DNA of 64,000 nucleotides from Candidatus Obscuribacteraceae bacterium (lineage in GTDB: Bacteria; Cyanobacteriota; Vampirovibrionia; Obscuribacterales; Obscuribacteraceae), in assembly GCA_044226015.1 (NCBI GenBank), contig JBGAHS010000002.1, forward strand, positions 1,043,435-1,107,434. The letters are read 5' to 3'. The position numbers and the translations under genes are program-made. The first letter of the stretch is position 1; each line of letters opens with the position of its first letter. Shown one piece after another: positions 9,408 to 19,234 of the stretch. A model generated the notes under the pieces. The model was not told where the DNA came from, ran no database searches, and saw only the letters and a list, made by a program, of their open reading frames with translations.

Positions 9408-9438
9408 CGATAGACGATTTGAATTCAGGCGAAATTCG

Positions 9439-10365
9439 CTAAGCTTTTCTGATTGCTGTTCTCTTGAATGCCAGCTGTTTTTCTTCCAGTGCACTAAGCC
9501 CTTGTCGAAACGCAGTCCAGTCAAATAAAACAGGGTCACTGCGATCTGCAGGTTGGACCTGTCCGTGACCAACAATCTGTTGCAATTCAAATCTATCTTT
9601 CAAATAATATGAAAGGCGAGTCAAAGACTTCATCTGCGCATCAGTATAGAGCTGGTCAGACGTACGCACTGTCTCAATTCCGATGCTGTTTTCATTTTTC
9701 ACACCTAACAAAGTTTTTGAAGAATCAACATGATAGGTCGCGTAATAGGGATCAACAGTCTGGTAAATGGTTCCGTCTCTATCGATTATGTACTGGGTTC
9801 CGGCGTGGTAAGTCCCAGCATTGTTCCAGCTTCGCACTATTTGCCTTGCACTGGCGATTGACGCGGTTTCCGTTGAGTGAATTACAAGAGTTTGTGGCAT
9901 GTTCTTCCTCTTGAATATTCCGCCTCTTAAAGGACAACTCTGAAACACGCCTGCAGCCACAAGCTGCGATGGGGCATAAGTGCTGGCCGAACCAGAAACA
10001 AAAGAAGCCATGATAGCCGCACGTTGCATTTTTGACATTACAGCTACCTTGCGGCGAGCAACAGTTTTCGCTTTTGCAATTACACCCTTTTTAGTATTCT
10101 TCCGATTCAAATTCTTCGCAAGCTTTGCCGAAATAATTTTCTTCTCTGAATGCTGATGAAAAGACGACTTCACAGCCCTGGCTGATTTTGTTCTATTATC
10201 TTTTTTTGAGTTGTTGGTTTTAACAGCTGAAATTTGAGCACTCATAGAAGGTGTTACGGCAGGAACAATTGACCTTGTGAGTGAATGGGCAGGAACTTGC
10301 AATCCTATTGCAAGTGCGCAGAGGGCAAAAATAAATTTAGGGGTTTTTGCAATTATTTTTGTCAC
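9439..10365 (-). CDS. N-acetylmuramoyl-L-alanine amidase (Amidase_2/PGRP-like) with signal peptide and Lys-rich linker; start uncertain
   Basis: LVIHST, YIIDRDG, YHV, NENSIGIE, IVGH, SDP. Confidence 0.88.
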   Translation of the reverse strand: MTKIIAKTPKFIFALCALAIGLQVPAHSLTRSIVPAVTPSMSAQISAVKTNNSKKDNRTKSARAVKSSFHQHSEKKIISAKLAKNLNRKNTKKGVIAKAKTVARRKVAVMSKMQRAAIMASFVSGSASTYAPSQLVAAGVFQSCPLRGGIFKRKNMPQTLVIHSTETASIASARQIVRSWNNAGTYHAGTQYIIDRDGTIYQTVDPYYATYHVDSSKTLLGVKNENSIGIETVRTSDQLYTDAQMKSLTRLSYYLKDRFELQQIVGHGQVQPADRSDPVLFDWTAFRQGLSALEEKQLAFKRTAIRKA

Positions 10366-10717
10366 TAGTATATTTCCAGAATAAAAGGTGTAGCAACGCG
10401 AAAACGCGCAAGCAAAATGAACTCGCGTCCGAACGCACTGCATCCCATGATGCATGCCGTGCTTCAGCTCGCGCGACTTCATTGCGCTTGATTCAGTTTT
10501 AACACACCTCTTACAAAACCTACTTGCTCAATAAGGTCTTCAAATTTAGGGGAACCAGCGAAACCATTGCACACACGGCGATACAACGACACGCCAGCGA
10601 GAGCACGTCGTGGTCTACAGCTTCATCGCTACAAATGTTTACCGCAAGAAGCGTTTAGTGTTCGCCTGCAGACCCAGTACAGAAGCGAGTATCCGCCGAT
10701 TGACCTAGATTCACAGA

Positions 10718-11539
10718 TTAAATTGCCTTTCTGTCAAATGGCATATGGGCCATAGTGTCTGCCAGCTCAAGTCTGAGTGCTCGCATTTCCTCAGAAAGCC
10801 TGGTAAGCGCTTCTATGTCCTTTTTCCTACCTTGTAGGTCATTTCGTAGGCGACCCAAATCATGAATACGTCCGAGGGTCTGCTGCGCTTTTTCCAGCTG
10901 CTTGGATGGCTCCGCACCAAAGTCCTCAAGAAGATATCGCCAATTTTTCACTGCAATTCGAAGCCTGTGAAGTGCTTTGTAATCAGCAGCGGATGAAAGC
11001 GATTGCGTCAACTTGGCTTGGTCATTCAATACCAGCGCAAGATGCCGAGATGCTGACTCATTCCGAAGGTCTGACTTATGAATATGCTTTGCCACAACCC
11101 GTACTTCTTTGCGAAAGAATGTTCGTAGATTTTCGATCAGTTCTGCAATATCAATAGACTTCAAGAAATCTTTCAACTTACCTTTCTGCTTTCTGCGTTT
11201 ATTTTTCCATCTTCGCAACAGTTGTGGTCGACATCCGAGTTCGTCACCTAATTTGAGGTTTACATCGAGATCTCTCACGTCGCCCAGCCTATCAAGCAGC
11301 CTTCTGAGCTGAGCAACGTCTTTCTTTTCAAACCTAAAATCTTGCCAGCCATCCTGAACCAACACTGCCCATAAAGCAAAGAAATGACGCAACGCTATTC
11401 GGGCATCGTGAATATTGCTTCGACTTGTTTTTTCAGCCAGGCTCCGCAAGACTTTCTCCAGACCATTCAAAACGCGCTCACTAGCTTTAGCCTCAGCATT
11501 CAACCATGGAATTGTGCCTGTTTTAGAACTCGTTTTCAT
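10718..11539 (-). CDS. CHAD domain protein (polyphosphate-binding family)
   Basis: IHDARIALR, LGDVRDLDV, LHRLRIAVKNWRY, LGRIHD; GGAGG RBS before ATG 11539. Confidence 0.9.
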   Translation of the reverse strand: MKTSSKTGTIPWLNAEAKASERVLNGLEKVLRSLAEKTSRSNIHDARIALRHFFALWAVLVQDGWQDFRFEKKDVAQLRRLLDRLGDVRDLDVNLKLGDELGCRPQLLRRWKNKRRKQKGKLKDFLKSIDIAELIENLRTFFRKEVRVVAKHIHKSDLRNESASRHLALVLNDQAKLTQSLSSAADYKALHRLRIAVKNWRYLLEDFGAEPSKQLEKAQQTLGRIHDLGRLRNDLQGRKKDIEALTRLSEEMRALRLELADTMAHMPFDRKAI

Positions 11540-11550
11540 GATGCCCTCCA

Positions 11551-11991
11551 CTATTTGTGAGCTAACATTGTGTTGACATCAGCAAGAGAGAAGGCTGATT
11601 CATCAAGATCGACTCCTTCTTCCTCAAGAAAATACTGTTTTTCAAGAATAGCTTTGATGTCCTCAGTGATATTCTCGATTTGGTTGGGGGCAACCAAAAT
11701 AAGCCTGGTAGTGCCATTTTTCACAAGATCAGACAATAAAGCGCTTGTTTCGACTCGTGAAGAATCATCCGTGACGGCGATAACCTGTCGCCATAAGATG
11801 TGTTCAGGTTGCCAGAATTCTGGAGGTGCCACCATATCCAGCGGCATGTGAAGAGCCTTAGCCATGTCATAGGCAATAGGAACAGACTGATATCCGAGAG
11901 CTACTACAGCCCACTCTTGGTCTGCATAACAAAGCAATTTTTCAATAAATGCTCTGGCAACTTTAATCTTGCTTTGAAACTGCATAGACAT
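11551..11991 (-). CDS. Degenerate phosphoribosyltransferase-like protein
   Basis: VVALGYQSVPIAYDMAKALHMPLD and RQVIAVTDD resemble type I PRTase motifs but diverge from them. Confidence 0.55.
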   Translation of the reverse strand: MSMQFQSKIKVARAFIEKLLCYADQEWAVVALGYQSVPIAYDMAKALHMPLDMVAPPEFWQPEHILWRQVIAVTDDSSRVETSALLSDLVKNGTTRLILVAPNQIENITEDIKAILEKQYFLEEEGVDLDESAFSLADVNTMLAHK

Positions 11992-12016
11992 TACCCACCA
12001 GCAATACGGTCTTAAT

Positions 12017-12041
12017 GACACCCCGGTGCATTTAAAGTTCC
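12017..12041 (-). promoter_or_regulatory. ECF-type promoter GGAAC-N17-GTC (PRTase-like / CHAD)
   Basis: Minus strand GGAAC tttaaatgcaccggggt GTCATT. Confidence 0.75.
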
Positions 12042-12076
12042 ACGGTTTCCTATTCACTTACAGCATTGCTAGACCA

Positions 12077-15000
12077 TTACTGATGCTGACTTTCAACCTC
12101 ACCTGTTTTCACGTCAAAAACGACGGTTTGTCCAGACCTTAGCTCTACCACGTCTTTTGAACCAACCTTGATTGCGTCGGCGCTGCTATGTCCCGCCGTC
12201 ACTAGAATCTTTCGCTGACATATATCTACTTTAACACTCTGATGACGATACTGAATTCGAAAGGACAACCTGTTGATGCCTTTCGGCAAGTTAGGGTTCA
12301 GCCAGAGGACATCATCTCTCGTCACCATACCTGTGTAGCATCTTTGCACTATGTCTACGGTGCCGGCCATTGCTCCAAGATGTATTCCTTCCGGTGTCGT
12401 GCCCCCCTGAATATCCATATAATCACTGCTCAGAGCTTCCCGAAATAAGCCCCAACTAGCTCCTACGTGCTCAGGATCCATCTGCATTTTTCCTTCCACC
12501 ACAGCAGCATCTTTGTTTTCACCACTCGCGTTACGAAGCGCGGATAAGAGCTTTAGTGAATTTTTTCTATCAATGCGCGACAAAACCCAGCTCAGAGCAA
12601 CACGGCTCAGGGTCGACTTGTTAGAAGTTCTCTTGATGTAATAATCAACATTTAAGTCAAACGCCTCAGTGTCAAAATCATAACCAAGGTGCTGGAATAT
12701 TTCCTTCAACTCCTCAGTACTGAATAGGTAAAACAACATGAGTACATCAGCTTGCTTGGATACTTTGTACTTGTTAAAAGTGCCCCCTTCGTGGCCAAAA
12801 ACTTTATCCAATTTATTCATATCGAGCTTTTCATCCTTGTAAAAAGGAAACTCCTCAAGCTTCTCGTATCCCTCAAATTGTTCTATAAATCCGGATTCGC
12901 CAAAAGGAACGAAGAACTTTGCACTCATACTGTTCCACTGAGCCACCTCCTCCTCACTTACATTGAGCCGCTCTAATAGCTCATCACAGCGATCCTCGGG
13001 AATGATCTTTATAAGTTCAAGGGCTCTGCAAAGGCACCACGAAGCCATCACATTTGTGTAGGCGTTATTATTAATGCCAGGATGCTCAGACCCAGGATAT
13101 TTGACGTGATACTCGTCTGGACCAACAACACCATGCAGCTCGAATCGCTCGCGATCTTTGTTCCAAATTGCTATGCTGGAAAAAAACCGCGCAATTTCCA
13201 TTACTAACTCCGCGCCGTAAGCGTAGAGAAATTCTAGATTTCCAGTCACCTGGTAGTATTGCCAGACGTCCATGACGATTGCGGCATTAACGTGAATCTG
13301 CATGTGACTATAGTCGGGTACCCATTCATTCCTCGTCGGATACCAGATAGCGGCAGGTGTTTCTTCTCTTCCACTGCTTCCACTTTGCCAGGGAAAACAG
13401 GCTCCCTTCGCACCACGCTGACGAGCAATTTCTCGCGCAGCATCGAGTCTTCGATATCGATACTTAAGCAGCGACTGAGTTACTTCGGGTAACCTCAAAT
13501 TGACAAAAGGAAAGCAAAACAGGTCGTCCCAGAAGACATGCCCCTGGTAACCCTCAGTCCATCCACGAGCAGGAACACCGACATCAAGATCAACAGAGTT
13601 TATACAAACAGTTTGCAGAACATGGAAACTGTGCAAATGAAGCAGGAGTGAAATGTCCTTTCGAGAATTAACATCATCAGTTTCAATTGCCAAATCGAAG
13701 CGGCGCCAAAGCTGATGCCAGGCTTCCTTTTGTTCCTCAACCAATAAATCAAAACTCGATTTCCTTCCAAGGACAAGATTTTTTGCAGCTGCCTCTGGCG
13801 ATGCAATTGCGAAGTCTTTAGAGGAATAAACTGCCACCATTTTCTGTACTTGCACGCGAACGTTGCGCTTCAACTCGAGTTCATAATCATTCCTCGCTAC
13901 GCCGTTGTGGGCATAACTATTCGGCGTTCCTTTCTGCTCATGACCATCAATGAGTATGTATGTCGAAGCACAGACAGCAATCTCTACATTAGACTGTCTT
14001 GTTTTTACTAAGACAAATAAACCATTTTTGTCAGCTTCACTAGACAAGGACGCAAGATGCGCCTTTCCCATGTTTGAATAGAGTCGTGTACCTATGTTGG
14101 AAACCGAACCATCAATTGCGGAGCGAACGGTAAGCCTGCCATCCCAGTTTAGAGCCGTAAATGTAAGCTCGATTCCGCAAATGTGAGTCGAACGCATGTG
14201 CACGAACCGTCGCTCTGCAACAGCTGTTTGCCGTCCCTTCTTGTCAGTGAACTCAAGAAACCGATAGAGAATTCCCTCGCGCAAATTAAGTTCTTGCCGC
14301 CACTTTTGCAATTCTACTTTGTCGATCGAGAACCAATTGTCGTCCTCGATCTTGAACTGAAGCAAGGTCCAATTCGGAATATTGACCAGGTCCTCATACT
14401 CAAATGACGTAGTCTCACTTGAATAAAGCGATCTGTCATAAACACCAGCAAGGTATGAACCGGGAGAGTGAATTTCATTCGCGACAGATTCACACGACGC
14501 TGCTCGGCACGCCAAATATCCATTACCAAGCATACACAAAGCTTCCCTTCTGCCAACAAGCGAAGGATCGTACTCATCAAAAACAAGCGACCAACTTTCA
14601 TCGCTCACTCCAAGATCGGCAACGGCATAAGACGCAAGTTCTTTCTTTGTGCCCGCAAGCTCGACTTCATCAAGATCGTCAACAACTAAATCCGCACCAT
14701 GCTTGATCAATGCATCTCTGTGATTGGCACGGTTGACACCTATTACAAGTCCAAACTGTCCAAGCCTTCCCGCTTCGACTCCCGCCTCAGCGTCTTCGAT
14801 GACTACAGCATTCCCCTCCTCGACATTCAATTCTTGAGCAGCGTGCAAAAATGTGTCCGGAAAGGGCTTGCCACGAAGCCCTAGAGTGTGCGCATCGACA
14901 CCATCGACTACAGCATCAAAAACATTCTCAATGCCAGCTGCTTTGAGGATTTGTCGACCATTTTCGCTTGCGGTGATGACAGCGACTTTAGCACCAGACT

Positions 15001-15406
15001 TCTTGAGAGCATGTATTAAAGCCAGTGTTGTTTCATAAACCTCGACTTTGCCTAACTGAATTTTCTTGAGAAAAATCGAATTTTTCAAATTTCCCAAAGC
15101 GTGAATAGAGTTGAAACCCGGCTTGTCTTGAGCCTTTCCTTCAGGAAGATCTATGTGACGTGAGGAGATAAAACTTGCTACACCCTGATAACGCGGTTTG
15201 CCATCGACGTATTGGAGGTAATCACTCTCGATATCGAACGGAACGAAATCACTTTCACCGCCGCGCGATTTCAGAAACTTATCGAAAGTCTCTTTCCAGG
15301 CTGAAGCATGAAGCTGCGCTGTCTTAGTTACGACGCCATCCATGTCAAAAAGGACAGCCTCATATTTTGAACTGGAAATCACGGCTGACGTTAAACTATT
15401 GCGCAT
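12077..15406 (-). CDS. Beta-phosphoglucomutase-family HAD hydrolase fused to a GH65 trehalose/maltose-type phosphorylase
   Basis: FDMDGVV, GKPFPD, IEDAEAG; GH65 motifs GNGYL, YQGHVFWD, GPDEYH, NNAYTN, KQADV, EGIHLGAMAG. Confidence 0.93.
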   Translation of the reverse strand: MRNSLTSAVISSSKYEAVLFDMDGVVTKTAQLHASAWKETFDKFLKSRGGESDFVPFDIESDYLQYVDGKPRYQGVASFISSRHIDLPEGKAQDKPGFNSIHALGNLKNSIFLKKIQLGKVEVYETTLALIHALKKSGAKVAVITASENGRQILKAAGIENVFDAVVDGVDAHTLGLRGKPFPDTFLHAAQELNVEEGNAVVIEDAEAGVEAGRLGQFGLVIGVNRANHRDALIKHGADLVVDDLDEVELAGTKKELASYAVADLGVSDESWSLVFDEYDPSLVGRREALCMLGNGYLACRAASCESVANEIHSPGSYLAGVYDRSLYSSETTSFEYEDLVNIPNWTLLQFKIEDDNWFSIDKVELQKWRQELNLREGILYRFLEFTDKKGRQTAVAERRFVHMRSTHICGIELTFTALNWDGRLTVRSAIDGSVSNIGTRLYSNMGKAHLASLSSEADKNGLFVLVKTRQSNVEIAVCASTYILIDGHEQKGTPNSYAHNGVARNDYELELKRNVRVQVQKMVAVYSSKDFAIASPEAAAKNLVLGRKSSFDLLVEEQKEAWHQLWRRFDLAIETDDVNSRKDISLLLHLHSFHVLQTVCINSVDLDVGVPARGWTEGYQGHVFWDDLFCFPFVNLRLPEVTQSLLKYRYRRLDAAREIARQRGAKGACFPWQSGSSGREETPAAIWYPTRNEWVPDYSHMQIHVNAAIVMDVWQYYQVTGNLEFLYAYGAELVMEIARFFSSIAIWNKDRERFELHGVVGPDEYHVKYPGSEHPGINNNAYTNVMASWCLCRALELIKIIPEDRCDELLERLNVSEEEVAQWNSMSAKFFVPFGESGFIEQFEGYEKLEEFPFYKDEKLDMNKLDKVFGHEGGTFNKYKVSKQADVLMLFYLFSTEELKEIFQHLGYDFDTEAFDLNVDYYIKRTSNKSTLSRVALSWVLSRIDRKNSLKLLSALRNASGENKDAAVVEGKMQMDPEHVGASWGLFREALSSDYMDIQGGTTPEGIHLGAMAGTVDIVQRCYTGMVTRDDVLWLNPNLPKGINRLSFRIQYRHQSVKVDICQRKILVTAGHSSADAIKVGSKDVVELRSGQTVVFDVKTGEVESQHQ

Positions 15407-15430
15407 TACCGAGCCTCACCTTGTTGGCGA

Positions 15431-15455
15431 GACGTACCATAAGTTGTACGGTTCC
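15431..15455 (-). promoter_or_regulatory. ECF-type promoter GGAAC-N17-GTC (HAD-GH65)
   Basis: Minus strand GGAAC cgtacaacttatggtac GTCTCG. Confidence 0.75.
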
Positions 15456-15537
15456 GCACAGAGACAAAAATGTCGGCTCCCAACTGGAACCGACATTTTG
15501 TATTTTTTGCCCTGGGCAATAGCTAGGTTGACGCGCG

Positions 15538-15822
15538 TTAGCGATGCCTCGTGGAGGTACGAGTTCTGGTGCGCCAATGATAATTAACAACTTTCGGTTT
15601 GGTTGTAGTTCTCTTCACGGCACTGTAAGTGCGCGTTGATTGTACTTTAGTAGGAGCGGGAGCCTGCTTGACTGGAGCGGATGTCTGAATAGGGGTTAAT
15701 GGAACGCCACCTGATTCAGAAGAAGATTCTGTCCCAGCTTCAGTCTGGGCGAGACCAGCCGACATGGTGGAGAACAAAATTGCAAGAGCAAACATACCTG
15801 AAAGACCCGTCTTGAAACTCAT
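15538..15822 (-). CDS. Small secreted protein with a basic T/R-rich tail
   Basis: GAGG RBS, signal peptide. Confidence 0.7.
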   Translation of the reverse strand: MSFKTGLSGMFALAILFSTMSAGLAQTEAGTESSSESGGVPLTPIQTSAPVKQAPAPTKVQSTRTYSAVKRTTTKPKVVNYHWRTRTRTSTRHR

Positions 15823-15856
15823 CTTACTTACCTCAAAAGTGATCCGTGCTCACGAT

Positions 15857-15881
15857 GGCGAAGACGCTTTACGAAAGTTCC
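15857..15881 (-). promoter_or_regulatory. One-mismatch ECF-type promoter GGAAC-N17-GCC
   Basis: Minus strand GGAAC tttcgtaaagcgtcttc GCCATC. Confidence 0.5.
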
Positions 15882-15932
15882 CGCAGAGTTTTTCCGACAG
15901 GACCTTTTATCAAGGTCTGTCGTATGAATTCC

Positions 15933-15957
15933 GGAACAAAAGCTCACAACACCAGTC
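15933..15957 (+). promoter_or_regulatory. ECF-type promoter GGAAC-N17-GTC
   Basis: GGAAC aaaagctcacaacacca GTCCCT. Confidence 0.75.
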
Positions 15958-15988
15958 CCTGAACAGGTATGTGTAGGAGTAAAAGATA

Positions 15989-16390
15989 ATGATGAAACTC
16001 ACAAAGCAGCTCTGCTCTATAGCAGGATTTGCTATCTTACTATCTGGCTGTAGCGCCGAACAACAACGCATTTCTGAGGAAAAGAAGCAGGTTGATGAAC
16101 AGAGAGATGCACAAAAGGCAGTTGTAGATGAAGACGCGAACCTTATGAAAAAGAAGGTCGATGTTCAAACAAAGCGAATCAAGAGCTATCTTGCAGCGAC
16201 AAGCGACGAAATTAATACTCGCAAGGATGAATTGAATGCCGAAAAATCTCAGGCGGATAAGAATGGTAGTCACGCTAAAAGAGACATAGATGATCGCGCA
16301 CGCGAACAAAAGAAAGCGCTTGACGAACAAGCAAAAAATGCAAAGAAACAGCTGGACGATAACGCTAAAACTGACAAGAATACATACTAA
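15989..16390 (+). CDS. Lipoprotein with a charged helical (hydrophilin/LEA-like) body
   Basis: Lipobox LLSG-C; K/D/E/A-rich; AGGAG RBS. Confidence 0.8.
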   Translation: MMKLTKQLCSIAGFAILLSGCSAEQQRISEEKKQVDEQRDAQKAVVDEDANLMKKKVDVQTKRIKSYLAATSDEINTRKDELNAEKSQADKNGSHAKRDIDDRAREQKKALDEQAKNAKKQLDDNAKTDKNTY

Positions 16391-16420
16391 CGCTCGATGC
16401 AGCTTTACGAACATCAATAA

Positions 16421-16448
16421 GGGAGAGACTTGTCTCTCCTTTCTTTTT
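16421..16448 (+). terminator. Intrinsic terminator
   Basis: GGAGAGAC..GTCTCTCC followed by TTTCTTTTT. Confidence 0.65.
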
Positions 16449-16552
16449 GCCCTTAATATGAATGGAGCATTAGACAATAGGTGAATTGACCTAATTTTGC
16501 TATGCTCGATTCACAAAAGAAGCACCGACATTGCGGCCCTCAAATCTGCCAG

Positions 16553-17410
16553 CTACGCAACACCTTTATTGGACTTTCGCTTTTTAGGATTAGTTTTTTT
16601 GTCAGGCTCTGCAGGCTTTTCCGATTTTGACCTGGCTTTCTGTTGCTGAAGATTATCCAGGCTGGCTTGCAACGACTCCATAAGATCAAGCACGTTAGCG
16701 CTGGAACTGGTCTTCGAACGCTGAGTTGGTGGAACACCCTCAACTTTTGACTCGATTAACTTCAGCAACTCTTCGCGATAAGTATCTTTGAATTGCTCGG
16801 GCTCAAATGGGGCTGTAAGCATATCAACCAGACTCGACGCCATCTTTTCCTCTGCAGCCGACATTTTCTCGGACGGAGGATTGGCTGAAAGATCAACGTT
16901 TATTTCATCAGGAAAATAAAGAGTGGACAAAAGCAATCCATCACCTACAGGGCGTAATGCACAAAGTCGTTCCTTGGTGCGCAAGGTAATTTTCCCCAGA
17001 GCTATAAGTTTCTTTTCCACAAGCACATGCAATAGCAAACCATAGGCATGCTTAGCTGCTTTATTTGATTCAATGGAATAAGACTTTTCAAAATAGACTG
17101 GATCAACTTCTTCCAGGCGGGCGAACTGCACGATGTCGATCAGATTTTTGCTTGGAACCGGCAGTTTTTCGAAATCGGACTCGGAAAAGGATATGAAATC
17201 ACCTTTCGTGTATTCATATCCTTTTTCAACTTCATCCCATGGCACCTCTCTATCACAAACCGGACACACGCGTTGCTCTTTTATTCGTGTTTTACACTCT
17301 TTGTGAATTTGATGGAAGGCAACACTTTTGCTGCTCGTCGCAGTCTGCAGGCTAACTGGAATATTTACCATTCCAAAACCTATAGAACCTGTCCACATAG
17401 AACGCGCCAT
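16553..17410 (-). CDS. ku: NHEJ DNA end-binding protein Ku
   Basis: RSMWTGSIGFGMVNIPV, KGYEY, VDPVYFEKSY, F.PEQFKD.YR, VLDLMESLQASL, basic tail. Confidence 0.96.
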   Translation of the reverse strand: MARSMWTGSIGFGMVNIPVSLQTATSSKSVAFHQIHKECKTRIKEQRVCPVCDREVPWDEVEKGYEYTKGDFISFSESDFEKLPVPSKNLIDIVQFARLEEVDPVYFEKSYSIESNKAAKHAYGLLLHVLVEKKLIALGKITLRTKERLCALRPVGDGLLLSTLYFPDEINVDLSANPPSEKMSAAEEKMASSLVDMLTAPFEPEQFKDTYREELLKLIESKVEGVPPTQRSKTSSSANVLDLMESLQASLDNLQQQKARSKSEKPAEPDKKTNPKKRKSNKGVA

Positions 17411-17426
17411 GACTAAACCTCAGGTG

Positions 17427-17813
17427 TTAGTACGAATCAAAAATGAAAGCGCCAGGAAAAACTGGTGTAACAGTGGTGCGAACTGGTGTGTTATAAACAC
17501 CACCGGAGTTAACCGCCTGTACCTGTCCATTCGTAAACGCGCGCTGGGATGAAACCGCAGTGTCAGCCTGATTGGAAACAGCCTGCATAGCCTGGTTCTT
17601 AGCTGTCATAGATTCCACCATTGCACGGTTTACTTTCATTTTTTCGCCTGTCTCAGCCAGGTCTTGGCTAAACTTTTCAAAGTTTGCATCAAAAGCAGAT
17701 GTATGCGAAGTACGAACGGTACGCGAACTTCGTATGGTCTGCGCTTCTGCCGGCAACAATGAGAATCCGACCACTCCTACAACAAACGAAAGTGCGAATA
17801 ATTTTCTCAACAT
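17427..17813 (-). CDS. Secreted hypothetical protein, first gene of the ku operon
   Basis: Signal peptide ending AEA; GAGG RBS; 16 bp upstream of ku. Confidence 0.75.
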   Translation of the reverse strand: MLRKLFALSFVVGVVGFSLLPAEAQTIRSSRTVRTSHTSAFDANFEKFSQDLAETGEKMKVNRAMVESMTAKNQAMQAVSNQADTAVSSQRAFTNGQVQAVNSGGVYNTPVRTTVTPVFPGAFIFDSY

Positions 17814-17856
17814 AAAAGAAGTACCTCGTATCTCAATTTAATTCCTTTGTCGAAGA

Positions 17857-17881
17857 GACTAAAAAAATGCCGTGCGGTTCC
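17857..17881 (-). promoter_or_regulatory. ECF-type promoter GGAAC-N17-GTC (ku operon)
   Basis: Minus strand GGAAC cgcacggcattttttta GTCTCT. Confidence 0.78.
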
Positions 17882-17968
17882 TCTTCATTCTTGAATCTAC
17901 TTATTAGAATTTGCAAAAGACATTCAAAGAGCGATTAAAATAGATCAGTTGGGTCAGGAATTAGCAAA

Positions 17969-19075
17969 TTGCCAAAGCGCAAATCATCAGACAAAGAGCT
18001 TGAGGCAGAGATCGAAGCAACCCTCGATTTGCTTCAAGCTGCAAAAAAGCAAACTGTTATAGAGTTCTCTCAGCACAGAATTGAACTGAGCAATCTTTCC
18101 AAAGTCCTGTTTCCTGGTGACGGCAAATCTCCTGAGCTGACCAAGCGAGACTACTTGATCTATCTTTGCAAGCTGGCACCCGAACTTTTGAGGCACTTGC
18201 ATAACAGGCCGCTCACCATAATTCGGTATCCTGATGGTGTTTTGGGCAAGCGCTTTTTTCAGAAACACTGGATGCACAAGTTGCCTCCTTTCGTTGAAAC
18301 CGTGACCTACTTCAGTGAGCAAAATGATGGAGACAAAGATTATTTACTCTGTAATAACTTCTCCACACTGATGTGGCTCGGACAAATAGCAGCACTTGAA
18401 TTACACACAGTGCACAGTCGCTATGATCAAAAACCCGACGGAAAGTCTCATTCTATGGAAGTGACCGGGTCGGCAGAAATAATCGAGGCTTCAATATTGA
18501 ATTATCCTGATTACCTGATATTGGACCTAGACCCATATCTTTATAGCGGCAAAGAGAAAGAAGGCGATGAGCCCGAGCTACACAAAAAAGGATTTGCGAA
18601 GACATGCAAGGCCGCTCGCACCATCAAAGAAATTCTGGCATCAATGAACCTGGATTCTGTTTACCTTAAAACCAGCGGAAAAACAGGCTTACATGTCTAC
18701 ATTCCAGTAATTCGCAATTGCACAAACGAAGAATTGCGAGCCTTTGCTGGAACCATAGGAAAGCATTTGGTTTCAATCCAGCCAAAGGAGATAACGATTG
18801 AATGGTCTGTAAAGAACCGAACCGGAAAAATATTCTTTGACCACAACATGAATGCCCGAGCAAAGACTCTGCCATCGCCATACTCAACTCGCAATAGTAT
18901 CTATGCTACTGTTTCCACCCCCATCTCGTGGGATGAACTCGAAGATGTTTACCCAACTGACTTCACAGTATTGAGCCTACCAGAGCGCGTCGCAGAGAAA
19001 GGCGATTTGTGGATTGACATTTTGGAAAACAAAACAAACCTGCGACATTTGTTCAATAAGAAAACCCTTGCCTGA
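17969..19075 (+). CDS. ligD: Stand-alone LigD-type polymerase (AEP primase-polymerase) with no ligase or nuclease domain
   Basis: LSNLSKVLFP, RPLTIIRYPDG, FFQKH, LDLDP, KTSGKTGLHVYIP, PYSTR, VSTPISWDEL. Confidence 0.9.
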   Translation: MPKRKSSDKELEAEIEATLDLLQAAKKQTVIEFSQHRIELSNLSKVLFPGDGKSPELTKRDYLIYLCKLAPELLRHLHNRPLTIIRYPDGVLGKRFFQKHWMHKLPPFVETVTYFSEQNDGDKDYLLCNNFSTLMWLGQIAALELHTVHSRYDQKPDGKSHSMEVTGSAEIIEASILNYPDYLILDLDPYLYSGKEKEGDEPELHKKGFAKTCKAARTIKEILASMNLDSVYLKTSGKTGLHVYIPVIRNCTNEELRAFAGTIGKHLVSIQPKEITIEWSVKNRTGKIFFDHNMNARAKTLPSPYSTRNSIYATVSTPISWDELEDVYPTDFTVLSLPERVAEKGDLWIDILENKTNLRHLFNKKTLA

Positions 19076-19234
19076 AGCACCAGGCATTGTGTTACCCACA
19101 TATAATCGACAATTGTCTAGCACCCATCATTATCGCTCCAGGAACCACCTCAGTTCACAAGAAAGTGCTTGCTGAACAAAAAAAACGAGATGCCGCTAAC
19201 GGCACCCCGCTCTTTAGTTTTTTTGCTCATGCAA

